Of a stretch of DNA of 64,000 nucleotides, positions 19,985 through 28,873 are shown one piece after another. The notes beneath the pieces are model-generated. The model searched no databases. It was not told where the DNA came from and worked only from the letters and a program-made list of their open reading frames with translations. Every line of letters begins with the position of its first letter. The stretch's first letter is position 1. The DNA lies in the IMG/VR virus record IMGVR_UViG_3300032282_005433, positions 462 through 64,461 of that record, one strand, 5' to 3'. This stretch comes from a virus (Duplodnaviria; Caudoviricetes). Both the position numbers and the translations under genes were made by a program.

Positions 19985-20473
19985 ATGGCTGATTTACTAA
20001 TGAAAATGCCGATACCGTATGAACCGAAACGCCAGAATCGATTCATTTTAAGATTTCCATCAAGTTTGGGAATAAATGAGTGGTTTGTAGAAACAGCCCA
20101 AAGACCTCACATCACTATCAATCCTGTAGAAATACCTTTTTTAAATACATCAACATATGTTGCTGGTAGATTTCTTTGGCAAACACTTAGCGTGACGTTT
20201 AGGGACCCAATAGGACCTTCAGCATCACAAGCCTTGATGGAATGGGTTCGTCTACACGCTGAGTCTGTTACAGGTAGAATGGGATACGCTGCGGGGTATA
20301 AGAAAGACATTGACTTGGAAATGCTGGACCCAACTGGAGTTGTTGTTGAAAAATGGATATTATATGGTACATTTTTAACAGATGTTAACTTTAATACATT
20401 AGCTTACAATGCAGATGCTTTGGCAACAATCGCAGCAACACTAAGAATGGATAGATGTGTATTAGTTTACTAA
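19985..20473 (+). CDS. tail tube protein (T4 gp19-like)
   Basis: YEPKRQNRF, RP.I, Y.AGR..W..L.VTF.DPI, A..EW, YKKD..L..LDP.G.VVE.W.L.G.F; 162 aa. Confidence 0.9.
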   Translation: MADLLMKMPIPYEPKRQNRFILRFPSSLGINEWFVETAQRPHITINPVEIPFLNTSTYVAGRFLWQTLSVTFRDPIGPSASQALMEWVRLHAESVTGRMGYAAGYKKDIDLEMLDPTGVVVEKWILYGTFLTDVNFNTLAYNADALATIAATLRMDRCVLVY

Positions 20474-20516
20474 TTTTTTAAAGAAAATATTTATTTAAAA
20501 ATAATAACAATTATAC

Positions 20517-20555
20517 TTAACCGTAAAGCACATAAACTTTACGGTTAATTTTTTT
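20517..20555 (+). terminator. intrinsic terminator between tube and chaperone genes
   Basis: 12-bp perfect stem TTAACCGTAAAG/CTTTACGGTTAA plus T7 tract ending 2 nt before the next ATG. Confidence 0.75.
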
Positions 20556-20557
20556 AT

Positions 20558-21301
20558 ATGGATAATCAAACTAGAGACTACGCTCAACAAAATTTTACAT
20601 TACCACACGATGTGGTTCCTTTACCATCACAAGGAGTTTTTTATAAAAATAAAAAAAAGTCAATTAAAGTTGGATACTTAACAGCTTCTGATGAAAATAT
20701 ATTAATGGCTGGAGGAACAGACCTTACATTAAATCTTCTTAGAGCAAAAATATATGAACCGGATGTTAGGGTTGAAGATTTGTTAGAAGGTGATGTTGAA
20801 TCAATCTTAATATTTTTAAGAAATACCGCTTTCGGGCCAGAAATTAATTTAAACTTAACTGACCCCCAAACAAGGAAACCATTCCAAACAACTGTTAGAT
20901 TGGATGAATTACCAATAATTAATGGACAAACTCCATTAGAAGATGGTACGTTTGTAACACCATTACCTAAATCACAATCAACAGTTAAGATAAAACCATT
21001 AAGTTATGGTGAGGTTATGGAAATACAAAAAATGACAGAATCGTACCCTCAAGGAAGGGTTGCCCCAAAAGTAACATGGAGACTACAAAAAGAAATTATT
21101 GAAGTTGACGGAAGTACTGATAGAGCCGAAATTGCAAAGTTTGTAGAACAAATGCCTATTGCGGATTCAAAATATATTAGACAATTTATGGATTCAAACG
21201 AACCAAAATTAGATATGAATAGAACAGTAACAGCCCCATCAGGAGAAAAACTAACATTTAATGTTGGGTTTGGGGTTGATTTCTTTCGCCCTTTCTTCTG
21301 A
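20558..21301 (+). CDS. tail/baseplate-hub assembly chaperone (T4 gp26-like)
   Basis: V.LPS.G.FY, YLTA.DE.IL, L..GD...IL..LR...FG, LP.S, MP..DS..IR patterns and C-terminal FFRP; between tube and tape measure. Confidence 0.7.
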   Translation: MDNQTRDYAQQNFTLPHDVVPLPSQGVFYKNKKKSIKVGYLTASDENILMAGGTDLTLNLLRAKIYEPDVRVEDLLEGDVESILIFLRNTAFGPEINLNLTDPQTRKPFQTTVRLDELPIINGQTPLEDGTFVTPLPKSQSTVKIKPLSYGEVMEIQKMTESYPQGRVAPKVTWRLQKEIIEVDGSTDRAEIAKFVEQMPIADSKYIRQFMDSNEPKLDMNRTVTAPSGEKLTFNVGFGVDFFRPFF

Positions 21302-21440
21302 TTATAGGAAAGGTCAAATAGATGAATTTTACTATTTGAATACATTAATGAAAATAACGTATCAAGATTTCGAAAAGATGCCAATTTTCGTCAGAAAATA
21401 TCTTCTTGATAAATGGATTGAAGAAAACAAGAAGGACTGA
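21261..21440 (+). CDS. small ORF in the +1 frame (chaperone second part, gp51/gpT-like); not in the ORF track
   Basis: Frame open 21255-21440: ...SSDYRKGQIDEFYYLNTLMKITYQDFEKMPIFVRKYLLDKWIEENKKD*. The MP...R.Y pattern is typical of the short chaperone partner. It fills the gap before the tape measure gene. Confidence 0.7.
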   Translation: MLGLGLISFALSSDYRKGQIDEFYYLNTLMKITYQDFEKMPIFVRKYLLDKWIEENKKD

Positions 21441-21456
21441 AAAATCAGTCCTTCTT
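21429..21456 (+). terminator. hairpin at the end of the small chaperone ORF
   Basis: AAGAAGGACTGA-AAAA-TCAGTCCTTCTT, perfect 12-bp stem that includes the TGA stop. Confidence 0.6.
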
Positions 21457-21457
21457 C

Positions 21458-21470
21458 TATTTATAGTATA
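21458..21470 (+). promoter_or_regulatory. TATTTATAGTATA upstream motif
   Basis: Identical 13-mer at 55101-55113; precedes the tape measure gene. Confidence 0.6.
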
Positions 21471-21484
21471 ATAAAAAAAATATT

Positions 21485-23446
21485 ATGGAGAATAATTTTT
21501 CTTTTTCGGAACAAGACCCAAAAAAATTAAGTGAAAATTTAAAAGAGGTTGCAGAAGCTATGTCAAATGCTGTGACTAGAATAAGCGATTTAGTTTATAA
21601 TTTTTCAATTTCTGCCGAGCAAATGATGAATGCTGCTCAACAGTTAGATAGGATTTTTTTACAAAGTGGTTCAAGAATTGAAGAAATGGAATCGGCTTTT
21701 GCCAAATCAATTCCTGTTGTGAGAAGTCTTGGAGGGTCTATAGATGACGTTGGAAACACAATAGCACTAATTGCGCAATCTTCTAGAAGAAATGTTATTG
21801 AGACGGAAGAAGTTGTTGGAAAATTATATGCAACATCAAAAGTTTTGGGTCAAAACGTTGGTACTATTGTTACTTCATTTACTAATGTTGGAATTCAAAC
21901 TGAAAATATTGGTAAAAATGTTGAAGATTCTGTGCATTATGTCCAAAGTATTGGACTTAATGCTAGTACAGTTATGGAAGATGTTGTAAAAAACATGGAA
22001 ATGTTAAATCGATTTAGCTTTAGCGACGGAGTTCAAGGTTTAACAAAAATGGCAGCACAAGCCTCTATGTTAAAATATGATATGAGTAAAACCGCAGATT
22101 TTGCGGATAGAGTTTTAAGTCCTGAGGGAGCTATAGAAGCTGCTTCAGCCTTCCAAAGATTAGGGGTTGCTGTTGGTGACTTAGGCGACCCACTAACAAT
22201 GATGAACGATGCTTTGGTAAACCCCGGTGCGTTACAAGATAGTATTATTAAAGTTGCTGAACAATTTACAGAATTTGATGAAAAAACAAAAACATTTAAA
22301 ATAAATCCACAAGGAATTTTAATGTTTAAAGAATTAAAAGATGTAACAGGTATTAGTGCCGCTGAAATGTCAAAAACAGCAATTGCGTCTGCAGAATTAG
22401 GTAGAAGATTGTCTGATGTTAAATTAGATATACCTGAAGATGATAGAAAATTATTGGCTAATATGGCGGTAATGAAAGACGGCAAATATCAAATTAAACT
22501 TGGTATGGAGGGAGGTGAAGATATATGGGAAGGACTTGAAGACGTTACAAAAGAACAATATCTTAAATTGAAAGAAGTTCAAGAAAATGCTCCAAAAACT
22601 ATGGAAGAAATCTCGTTTCAACAGTTATCAATTGAAAAACAAGGTTTAGCAATGCTTACAACAATAGCCGATAAAATTGGATATGGCTTTGCAGATGTTG
22701 GACTTGTTAGAAGAACGCTTGCGGGTATTCAAAGGATTTCTACTTCAGTAACTAGTTCAGTTAGTAAAGTTAGTAAAGATGTGCCAATTACCAAAGAACT
22801 AGAATCAATAGTAACTGCAGTTAAAAGTTTAGTTGATGGTAAAGGTAAATTGACTGATAAGGAGGCTCAATTAAAATTACAAGAAACTGAAAAAAATCTT
22901 GAAAATAAATTTAAAGGATTACCTCAAAATGTGTTAGACGCGTTAAAAGGAGTGGTTAAGGATATTGATAAAAAAACAACTTCTAGAAGTGAACTTGAAA
23001 AATATCTTAAAAGTGAAGTACTTGAACCCTTATCAACCTATTTAAATAAAGAAAAACCAACAACAAATCAAAAACCAACCACACAAGTAACAAATCCAAA
23101 TACAAGTAAACCACAAACAAAAACAGTACCAGCACAAACAGGAGTTGGCATGCCAGTTACTTATTCAGAAAAACCAAATCAAGTAGAATCAATTGCCGCG
23201 AATAATTATAATAATTTAAAAGGGGTTGGTAATGAATCATTAACAACAGCTATTGACGGACAAATTGATTTTGGTTCTTTAACTATGAATATTAATATTA
23301 ATTCAACATTAGGTGTGGATAAAAAATTACTTGAAGATAGTTTGGGGAGTGTTGAATTTAAAAAAGAATTTAAAGATGGTGTCATTGGTTTTGTTAGAAA
23401 AAGTTTAATTGAGAGCGGTTCAATAAAAGAAACAGGGATGACCTAA
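21485..23446 (+). CDS. tape measure protein
   Basis: 653 aa, helical Ala/Glu/Lys/Met-rich composition, in the canonical position after tube and chaperone. Confidence 0.7.
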   Translation: MENNFSFSEQDPKKLSENLKEVAEAMSNAVTRISDLVYNFSISAEQMMNAAQQLDRIFLQSGSRIEEMESAFAKSIPVVRSLGGSIDDVGNTIALIAQSSRRNVIETEEVVGKLYATSKVLGQNVGTIVTSFTNVGIQTENIGKNVEDSVHYVQSIGLNASTVMEDVVKNMEMLNRFSFSDGVQGLTKMAAQASMLKYDMSKTADFADRVLSPEGAIEAASAFQRLGVAVGDLGDPLTMMNDALVNPGALQDSIIKVAEQFTEFDEKTKTFKINPQGILMFKELKDVTGISAAEMSKTAIASAELGRRLSDVKLDIPEDDRKLLANMAVMKDGKYQIKLGMEGGEDIWEGLEDVTKEQYLKLKEVQENAPKTMEEISFQQLSIEKQGLAMLTTIADKIGYGFADVGLVRRTLAGIQRISTSVTSSVSKVSKDVPITKELESIVTAVKSLVDGKGKLTDKEAQLKLQETEKNLENKFKGLPQNVLDALKGVVKDIDKKTTSRSELEKYLKSEVLEPLSTYLNKEKPTTNQKPTTQVTNPNTSKPQTKTVPAQTGVGMPVTYSEKPNQVESIAANNYNNLKGVGNESLTTAIDGQIDFGSLTMNININSTLGVDKKLLEDSLGSVEFKKEFKDGVIGFVRKSLIESGSIKETGMT

Positions 23447-23469
23447 AATTAAAAAAATTATAGATAATC

Positions 23470-23484
23470 TATTTATTATAAATA
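23470..23484 (+). promoter_or_regulatory. TATTTAT upstream motif within the inverted repeat TATTTAT-T-ATAAATA
   Basis: 8 nt before ATG 23493. Confidence 0.55.
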
Positions 23485-23492
23485 ACGTATAG

Positions 23493-26400
23493 ATGCCAAG
23501 TCCACTACTGATAGATTCTGCGGGGTTTAGAAAAAAATTGATAACAAGGAACTTAGTACCTTATGCCAAGTCCCCCAATAAAGCTGACCCCCCAATTGAT
23601 TACGAAGTAATTCAATCAGATTTATCTGTTATAGATAGTCCGGACCAACTTATTGATGAACCTTCCTTTGCGAATAAATTATTTCCATTAAACCAATATG
23701 GTAATGATGGTGGATATAAACAAGTCCCTGACCCAGGTTCTTTGTTAAATAATAAATCAAATGAAGGTGAATATGGGTTCCAAGATGCCAATATAATTGA
23801 TGAGGGATATGATGCTCCAAGAAATTGGAGACCATTAAATGCTTATGCGGATACAACACAAATTTTTGATGCGGCAAATGCTATAGCATCTTTTGAAACG
23901 GTAAGACCTGACCAAGATAGAACACCAAATAGTCAACCATATCCGGCATCAATAGTTAATTCATCATATTCTCCTGTATCTATTTTATTAACCAAAGACC
24001 CTTTAGGTAGTAATGGTTTATTAAGTCAAGATTCTTTTTTGGCTAGATTAGGTGCTGTAAAATTAAAAGAAGCATTTGAAAACAATATTAATAGGGAAGT
24101 AGCAAAAAATACTATAGGAAGAGCTAACATCTTTAATGTTAGAAGTGGTACTGACGTATTGAATTTAGTTACAGGTAGGGTTCCACTTATAGAGCCTGAC
24201 TATACTATTACGATGCCAGCTAATCCTGTATTGGCAGCAACAAGTTATGCTTTAAGATTGGCCGGAAGTATATTACCCGTATCAACAATACCTGGTTCTT
24301 ATTTTGACACAAGTATTAATCCAGGACAACCAACAACAATACAACAATTACAAAACGCTTTTAGACAATCAAATAATGGTGTTGGTAAATTTTTCAATAG
24401 ATTATTAGGGGGAGATAAAACTGGCTCACAATTATTTTTAAATAATACAGGAGGAGGTCAAAAATCAAGATTATTTGGTAATTTAGATTATAACAAATTT
24501 AAACCTGATTACGACAGAACTCTATTTGATAGAGTAGCTGGAGTTCTTGTAGGGTCAACAACTAACAATAGTGATTTTTATGTTGGCTCAAAAACGTCTG
24601 ACCCATCAAGAATATTTTCACCTGGAGGTGATTTACCTGTTAATGAATTTGGACAAGAAGTTCAATCTCCTGTTTATGGCCCACAAGAAATGGCTCAGTT
24701 ATATGAGGGACCAAGTCAGGATGTAAGGTTGGGTGCTAACGGACCTACATATAGTGACGGAGGTGGAGTTGAAGGAGGATTTACTTGGGTATCTCCAAAG
24801 TATAAAGGAAACGCTGGTAAAAAAGTTGGTATTGGTGGAGAAGTAACAAATCAAAGCGAAGACTTTAAACAAACATCATATGATTCAACAGAATCAACAA
24901 ATAGAACATTTAGAGAAGGTTCAATACTTGATGATACTCAAAGGATTATTGATAGTCAACCAAGCGGAGGAAGAAGGTTACAACACGTAGGTAACGCTAT
25001 TGACCAAGTTAGTAAAGTATTCAATGATGGATATAAAGAATTAACAAAAGGTTCAAGAGTATTAAGTTACGTTGGTTCGATAGGAAACGAAGTTGGAACA
25101 GAATATTGTAGAGTTTTTGCAAAAGACATACCGTATCTTCAATATAATAATTTACAAAAAACAGATGGTATGACAACTGAAGGTAGAAAATTCAGTTATT
25201 CTGTTTTTGACAAAACATATAATCTTAATATTGTACCAAATAAACGAGAAGGTGGACAGGATTCAAGTAATTTAATTGGAGACACAACTCAAATTTATGC
25301 TAAGAAATATATGTTTTCATTGGAAAACTTGGCATGGAGAACAGGCGGTTCACCTGGATATACGGTATCTGATTTGGCAATATGTGAAAGAGGACCAAAT
25401 GGGGGTAGAGTAATGTGGTTTCCTCCGTATGGATTAGTTTTTACTGAAGCCGTTAGTGCGAATTGGAACACCACCGATTTTATTGGAAGACCAGAACCAA
25501 TATACACATACAAAAATACAAGTAGAGGTGGTACTTTACAATGGAAAGTTGTTGTTGACCATCCATCAGTTTTAAATGTTATTGTAAATAAAATATTAAC
25601 AAATGAAACAAACAAAGCAAGAATAGACCAAATGTTAGAATCTTTTTTTGCGGGATGTTTAAAATATGACTTATATGAATTGGCTAAAAAATATTATACA
25701 ATACCACCAAATGATTTACAAAACTTACAAGATGCAATTTCATCAAAAAATTTAACAAAAGAACAATTACAATACTCACTTCAAACAGTACAATCTGGTA
25801 ATAACTCTCCTGGTAATAGCGCTAGTCAACCGATTACCTCAAGTAATGGTGCAAATTCCGCACCAGAAGTAACATTTAAAACTTTTGAAAATTTAGGGTT
25901 TTATTTTGGAAATGATTATCCAAAAACTTTTGGTGTTAATTACGATACTGAATATAGTAGATATACATCATCAAGTAATAAAACATATTATCAACAACAA
26001 TCACCAAGCACTTCAGAACAAACCTCATCATTTTTTAATAGCGTTGTAACATCTAACTATGATAAGTTATATGATTTTATAAATGAACTAGACAAACAAT
26101 TAACTAATAATACAGAAGGAACTGTAACAATAACTATTGATGGAACAACTTCACCTCCAGCATCAAAAACATATAATCAAACACTATCTGAAAAAAGAAT
26201 TGATTCTGCGTTTATATTTTTTTCATCAAATACCACCATCCAAAAGTGGATTAAAACAACAAGATTAATTATTAATAAAGGAAAGGCTTTGGGGGAAAAT
26301 GCTGAGGTATTAAAATATGATGCAAAATCTGCTAAATTTATGCCAGCAGAAAAAGTTAGTTGTAGTGATAATGATGGGGATAATCAAAAAATTTCTAAAG

Positions 26401-28550
26401 AAATTTATACCACAAATGCTATGGCTTGTAGAAGAGCATATATATCATCTATAATATCAACGCTGAAACAACCACCACCACAAGAACCGGTAAATGTAAC
26501 ACAACAAAATCCACCAGATGTTTTAGTTGGAACAAGAGTTCCGGCAACAACAAAACCACAAAATTTAGAACAAAATCCTAAACCTAATGATAATATAACA
26601 AAAAAAGTTTTAAGGGCTTTATTGTCAGAATGTGATTATTTTGAAACAATAAAACAGGATACACCCATGGTGTATGATAATTTAAAAGAAAAATTAAAAT
26701 TCTTTCAACCGGCCTTTCATTCTACAACACCTGAAGGATTAAACTCTAGACTTACTTTTTTACAACAGTGTATGAGACCTGGAGATACAATACCAACAAT
26801 AAAACAAAATTCACCTGACGGTAAACCAGAATTACAATACAACAATGCGACAAATACGGCTTTTGGAACACCACCTGTTTTAGTGTTAAGAGTCGGTGAT
26901 TTTTATAATACCAAAATTATCCCGACAAGTTTAAATATAAGTTATGAAAATTTAGATTTAAATCCTGAAGGAATTGGAATACAACCAATGATTGCAAACA
27001 TTACTTTAGGGTTTAATTTTGTTGGAGGTAGCGGATTAAAAACGGCTGTTGATAAACTTCAAAATGCTTTATCGTTTAATTATTATGCCAATACTGAAAT
27101 GTATGATGATAGAGCGGATGTAACGGATGACAGTTTAAAAATTATAGATAAAAACTTTTCAGATTATCTAAAAACTGTTCCACCAACAACAAATCAAGTT
27201 CAAAACAATAATGGACAATCTAATGGTGATACTATCGGGTCAATAATTTCAACAGTAAAAAATGTAAGTGGAGACACTTCAGGAACAATATCTTATGCAA
27301 CATTTATGGATAATTTTTCCGAAGCATCTCAAAATTATTTTACCAATTTTATTAATAAAAGTAAAGAATCTCTTAAACAATATAATAATGCGTTACTTCA
27401 AAACTGGACGGCTGAAAGGTTATATGTTGATGGAAATTTATTATCAAATACAATCTTTAATGTACAATTAATTGGAAAACCAAATTTAGATAGTAAAAAG
27501 AATGGATTGGCTTATAGAATAGATAAAGTATTTGACGATTTAATATCTAACATTAAAACCGATAATGAAGAAGAACAGGATAGATTTATAAAGTACATGT
27601 CACAAAAAAAACTTGGGTTTTCTGAAAAAGTTATTAGACAGTTAAAACATAATTATGGTAATTTTATTAAAAATAAAAAATCAAGATATCAAAACGATAT
27701 AACACAGATAACACAAAGTATAACAATTGCTCAACAAAATTATATACAGTATCTTAGTAAAGCTAATGTGTTGTTGTATCCACCAACTCCAACGGAAGGG
27801 ACTGACGGGTACCAACAAAAAAATGGTAATACTGTAATATACAATATTAGTGGAACAACAGATGTTTATCAAGGAAGCTCAGGAACAACACTAGACGAAT
27901 TAAATCAAGACATTAAAAAAATTGGAGACGGATTGATTGGATATTATCAATTGGCTCAAAATCCGGTATTGTTTAGATATGAATCAACAGACTATAATGG
28001 TTATTTATTATATGGTGGAAATAGTGAAAATGATAATACGAGCGCAAAAACATTATTAAATGAGGTTTTTAATCCATTTAGTAAATTGAAAGAGTTTACT
28101 AATAAAACTTTCAGACGAATGTATATGATTTTATCAAACGACATCATTGACGATAAAAATTTTCAAACGTTTAAAAAAGCAATTATTGGTGATATTATGA
28201 ATAATTCAACTATACTTGGTAATGGAAATACTGATATAGACAAAGAATTTTCTTTTTATTGGTTAAGTATTGCAAAACCTAAATTTGAAAATGAAAATAA
28301 TATTACAACAGAATTTCTAAATAGTATTGAAAAAGTTGCGTTTAAGGATTTCGTAGTTTATACACCTTTTCCAAAAAACAAAAAAAGAGTGTTTACTTAT
28401 AACATTTCAATCAGTCCACAAAATGAACAAAAAAAATTAATTACCGGTTTGAATAACGCAACACAGGCTGGAAATCAAAATACTAATACAAAAACATGGA
28501 ACACTTCGGTTGGAACAAATGTATATATTTCTAAAATAAAATTAAACTAA
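23493..28550 (+). CDS. large baseplate tube-initiator-like protein with inserted OmpA-like domain
   Basis: W....FIGRPEPIYTY..T.R and PP...LR.GD....K.I..SL.ISY...QPM.A.I.L.F halves of a gp48/gp54-like domain flank FYF.ND.P...G.TS......YN..LS.KR...GE...CRR. Confidence 0.6.
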   Translation: MPSPLLIDSAGFRKKLITRNLVPYAKSPNKADPPIDYEVIQSDLSVIDSPDQLIDEPSFANKLFPLNQYGNDGGYKQVPDPGSLLNNKSNEGEYGFQDANIIDEGYDAPRNWRPLNAYADTTQIFDAANAIASFETVRPDQDRTPNSQPYPASIVNSSYSPVSILLTKDPLGSNGLLSQDSFLARLGAVKLKEAFENNINREVAKNTIGRANIFNVRSGTDVLNLVTGRVPLIEPDYTITMPANPVLAATSYALRLAGSILPVSTIPGSYFDTSINPGQPTTIQQLQNAFRQSNNGVGKFFNRLLGGDKTGSQLFLNNTGGGQKSRLFGNLDYNKFKPDYDRTLFDRVAGVLVGSTTNNSDFYVGSKTSDPSRIFSPGGDLPVNEFGQEVQSPVYGPQEMAQLYEGPSQDVRLGANGPTYSDGGGVEGGFTWVSPKYKGNAGKKVGIGGEVTNQSEDFKQTSYDSTESTNRTFREGSILDDTQRIIDSQPSGGRRLQHVGNAIDQVSKVFNDGYKELTKGSRVLSYVGSIGNEVGTEYCRVFAKDIPYLQYNNLQKTDGMTTEGRKFSYSVFDKTYNLNIVPNKREGGQDSSNLIGDTTQIYAKKYMFSLENLAWRTGGSPGYTVSDLAICERGPNGGRVMWFPPYGLVFTEAVSANWNTTDFIGRPEPIYTYKNTSRGGTLQWKVVVDHPSVLNVIVNKILTNETNKARIDQMLESFFAGCLKYDLYELAKKYYTIPPNDLQNLQDAISSKNLTKEQLQYSLQTVQSGNNSPGNSASQPITSSNGANSAPEVTFKTFENLGFYFGNDYPKTFGVNYDTEYSRYTSSSNKTYYQQQSPSTSEQTSSFFNSVVTSNYDKLYDFINELDKQLTNNTEGTVTITIDGTTSPPASKTYNQTLSEKRIDSAFIFFSSNTTIQKWIKTTRLIINKGKALGENAEVLKYDAKSAKFMPAEKVSCSDNDGDNQKISKEIYTTNAMACRRAYISSIISTLKQPPPQEPVNVTQQNPPDVLVGTRVPATTKPQNLEQNPKPNDNITKKVLRALLSECDYFETIKQDTPMVYDNLKEKLKFFQPAFHSTTPEGLNSRLTFLQQCMRPGDTIPTIKQNSPDGKPELQYNNATNTAFGTPPVLVLRVGDFYNTKIIPTSLNISYENLDLNPEGIGIQPMIANITLGFNFVGGSGLKTAVDKLQNALSFNYYANTEMYDDRADVTDDSLKIIDKNFSDYLKTVPPTTNQVQNNNGQSNGDTIGSIISTVKNVSGDTSGTISYATFMDNFSEASQNYFTNFINKSKESLKQYNNALLQNWTAERLYVDGNLLSNTIFNVQLIGKPNLDSKKNGLAYRIDKVFDDLISNIKTDNEEEQDRFIKYMSQKKLGFSEKVIRQLKHNYGNFIKNKKSRYQNDITQITQSITIAQQNYIQYLSKANVLLYPPTPTEGTDGYQQKNGNTVIYNISGTTDVYQGSSGTTLDELNQDIKKIGDGLIGYYQLAQNPVLFRYESTDYNGYLLYGGNSENDNTSAKTLLNEVFNPFSKLKEFTNKTFRRMYMILSNDIIDDKNFQTFKKAIIGDIMNNSTILGNGNTDIDKEFSFYWLSIAKPKFENENNITTEFLNSIEKVAFKDFVVYTPFPKNKKRVFTYNISISPQNEQKKLITGLNNATQAGNQNTNTKTWNTSVGTNVYISKIKLN

Positions 28551-28873
28551 TGGGATTTCCTTACTATAATAGATATAGCGAATTTTTAATAAATGGAGAA
28601 CAAACAGTGGTTCCTTTTGTTTATTTACCTCAAAAGACAACTGATAAGGCTTATATATATAAAGTTGCTAAAAGTAGGTTGGATAAAGTTTCTCAAGAAT
28701 ATTATAACTCACCTTATTTTGGATGGCTAATTTTGCAAGCAAATCCTCAATTCGGAGGGCTAGAAAATTATATATATGATGGTGCAGTATTGATTATTCC
28801 ATTTCCGCTCATACCATCATTACAGGACTATAAAGCGGCATTAGAAAATCATTTTTATTATTATGGCAGGTAA
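28550..28873 (+). CDS. LysM-like baseplate protein (T4 gp53/P2 gpX-like)
   Basis: RLDKVSQEYY..P..GWLILQANP...G.VL.IP. Confidence 0.75.
   Translation: MGFPYYNRYSEFLINGEQTVVPFVYLPQKTTDKAYIYKVAKSRLDKVSQEYYNSPYFGWLILQANPQFGGLENYIYDGAVLIIPFPLIPSLQDYKAALENHFYYYGR

Noticed and set aside
22033-22485. Long antisense ORFs (also 3484-3831, 21049-21384, 30056-30382, 35222-35725, 39429-39758)
   Set aside because: Mirror frames of codon-biased sense genes; hydrophobic Ser/Phe/Ile-rich translations without upstream signals.
23477-23484. T4 late promoter consensus TATAAATA
   Set aside because: Only one sense-strand intergenic copy was noticed; the recurring element is TATTTAT.
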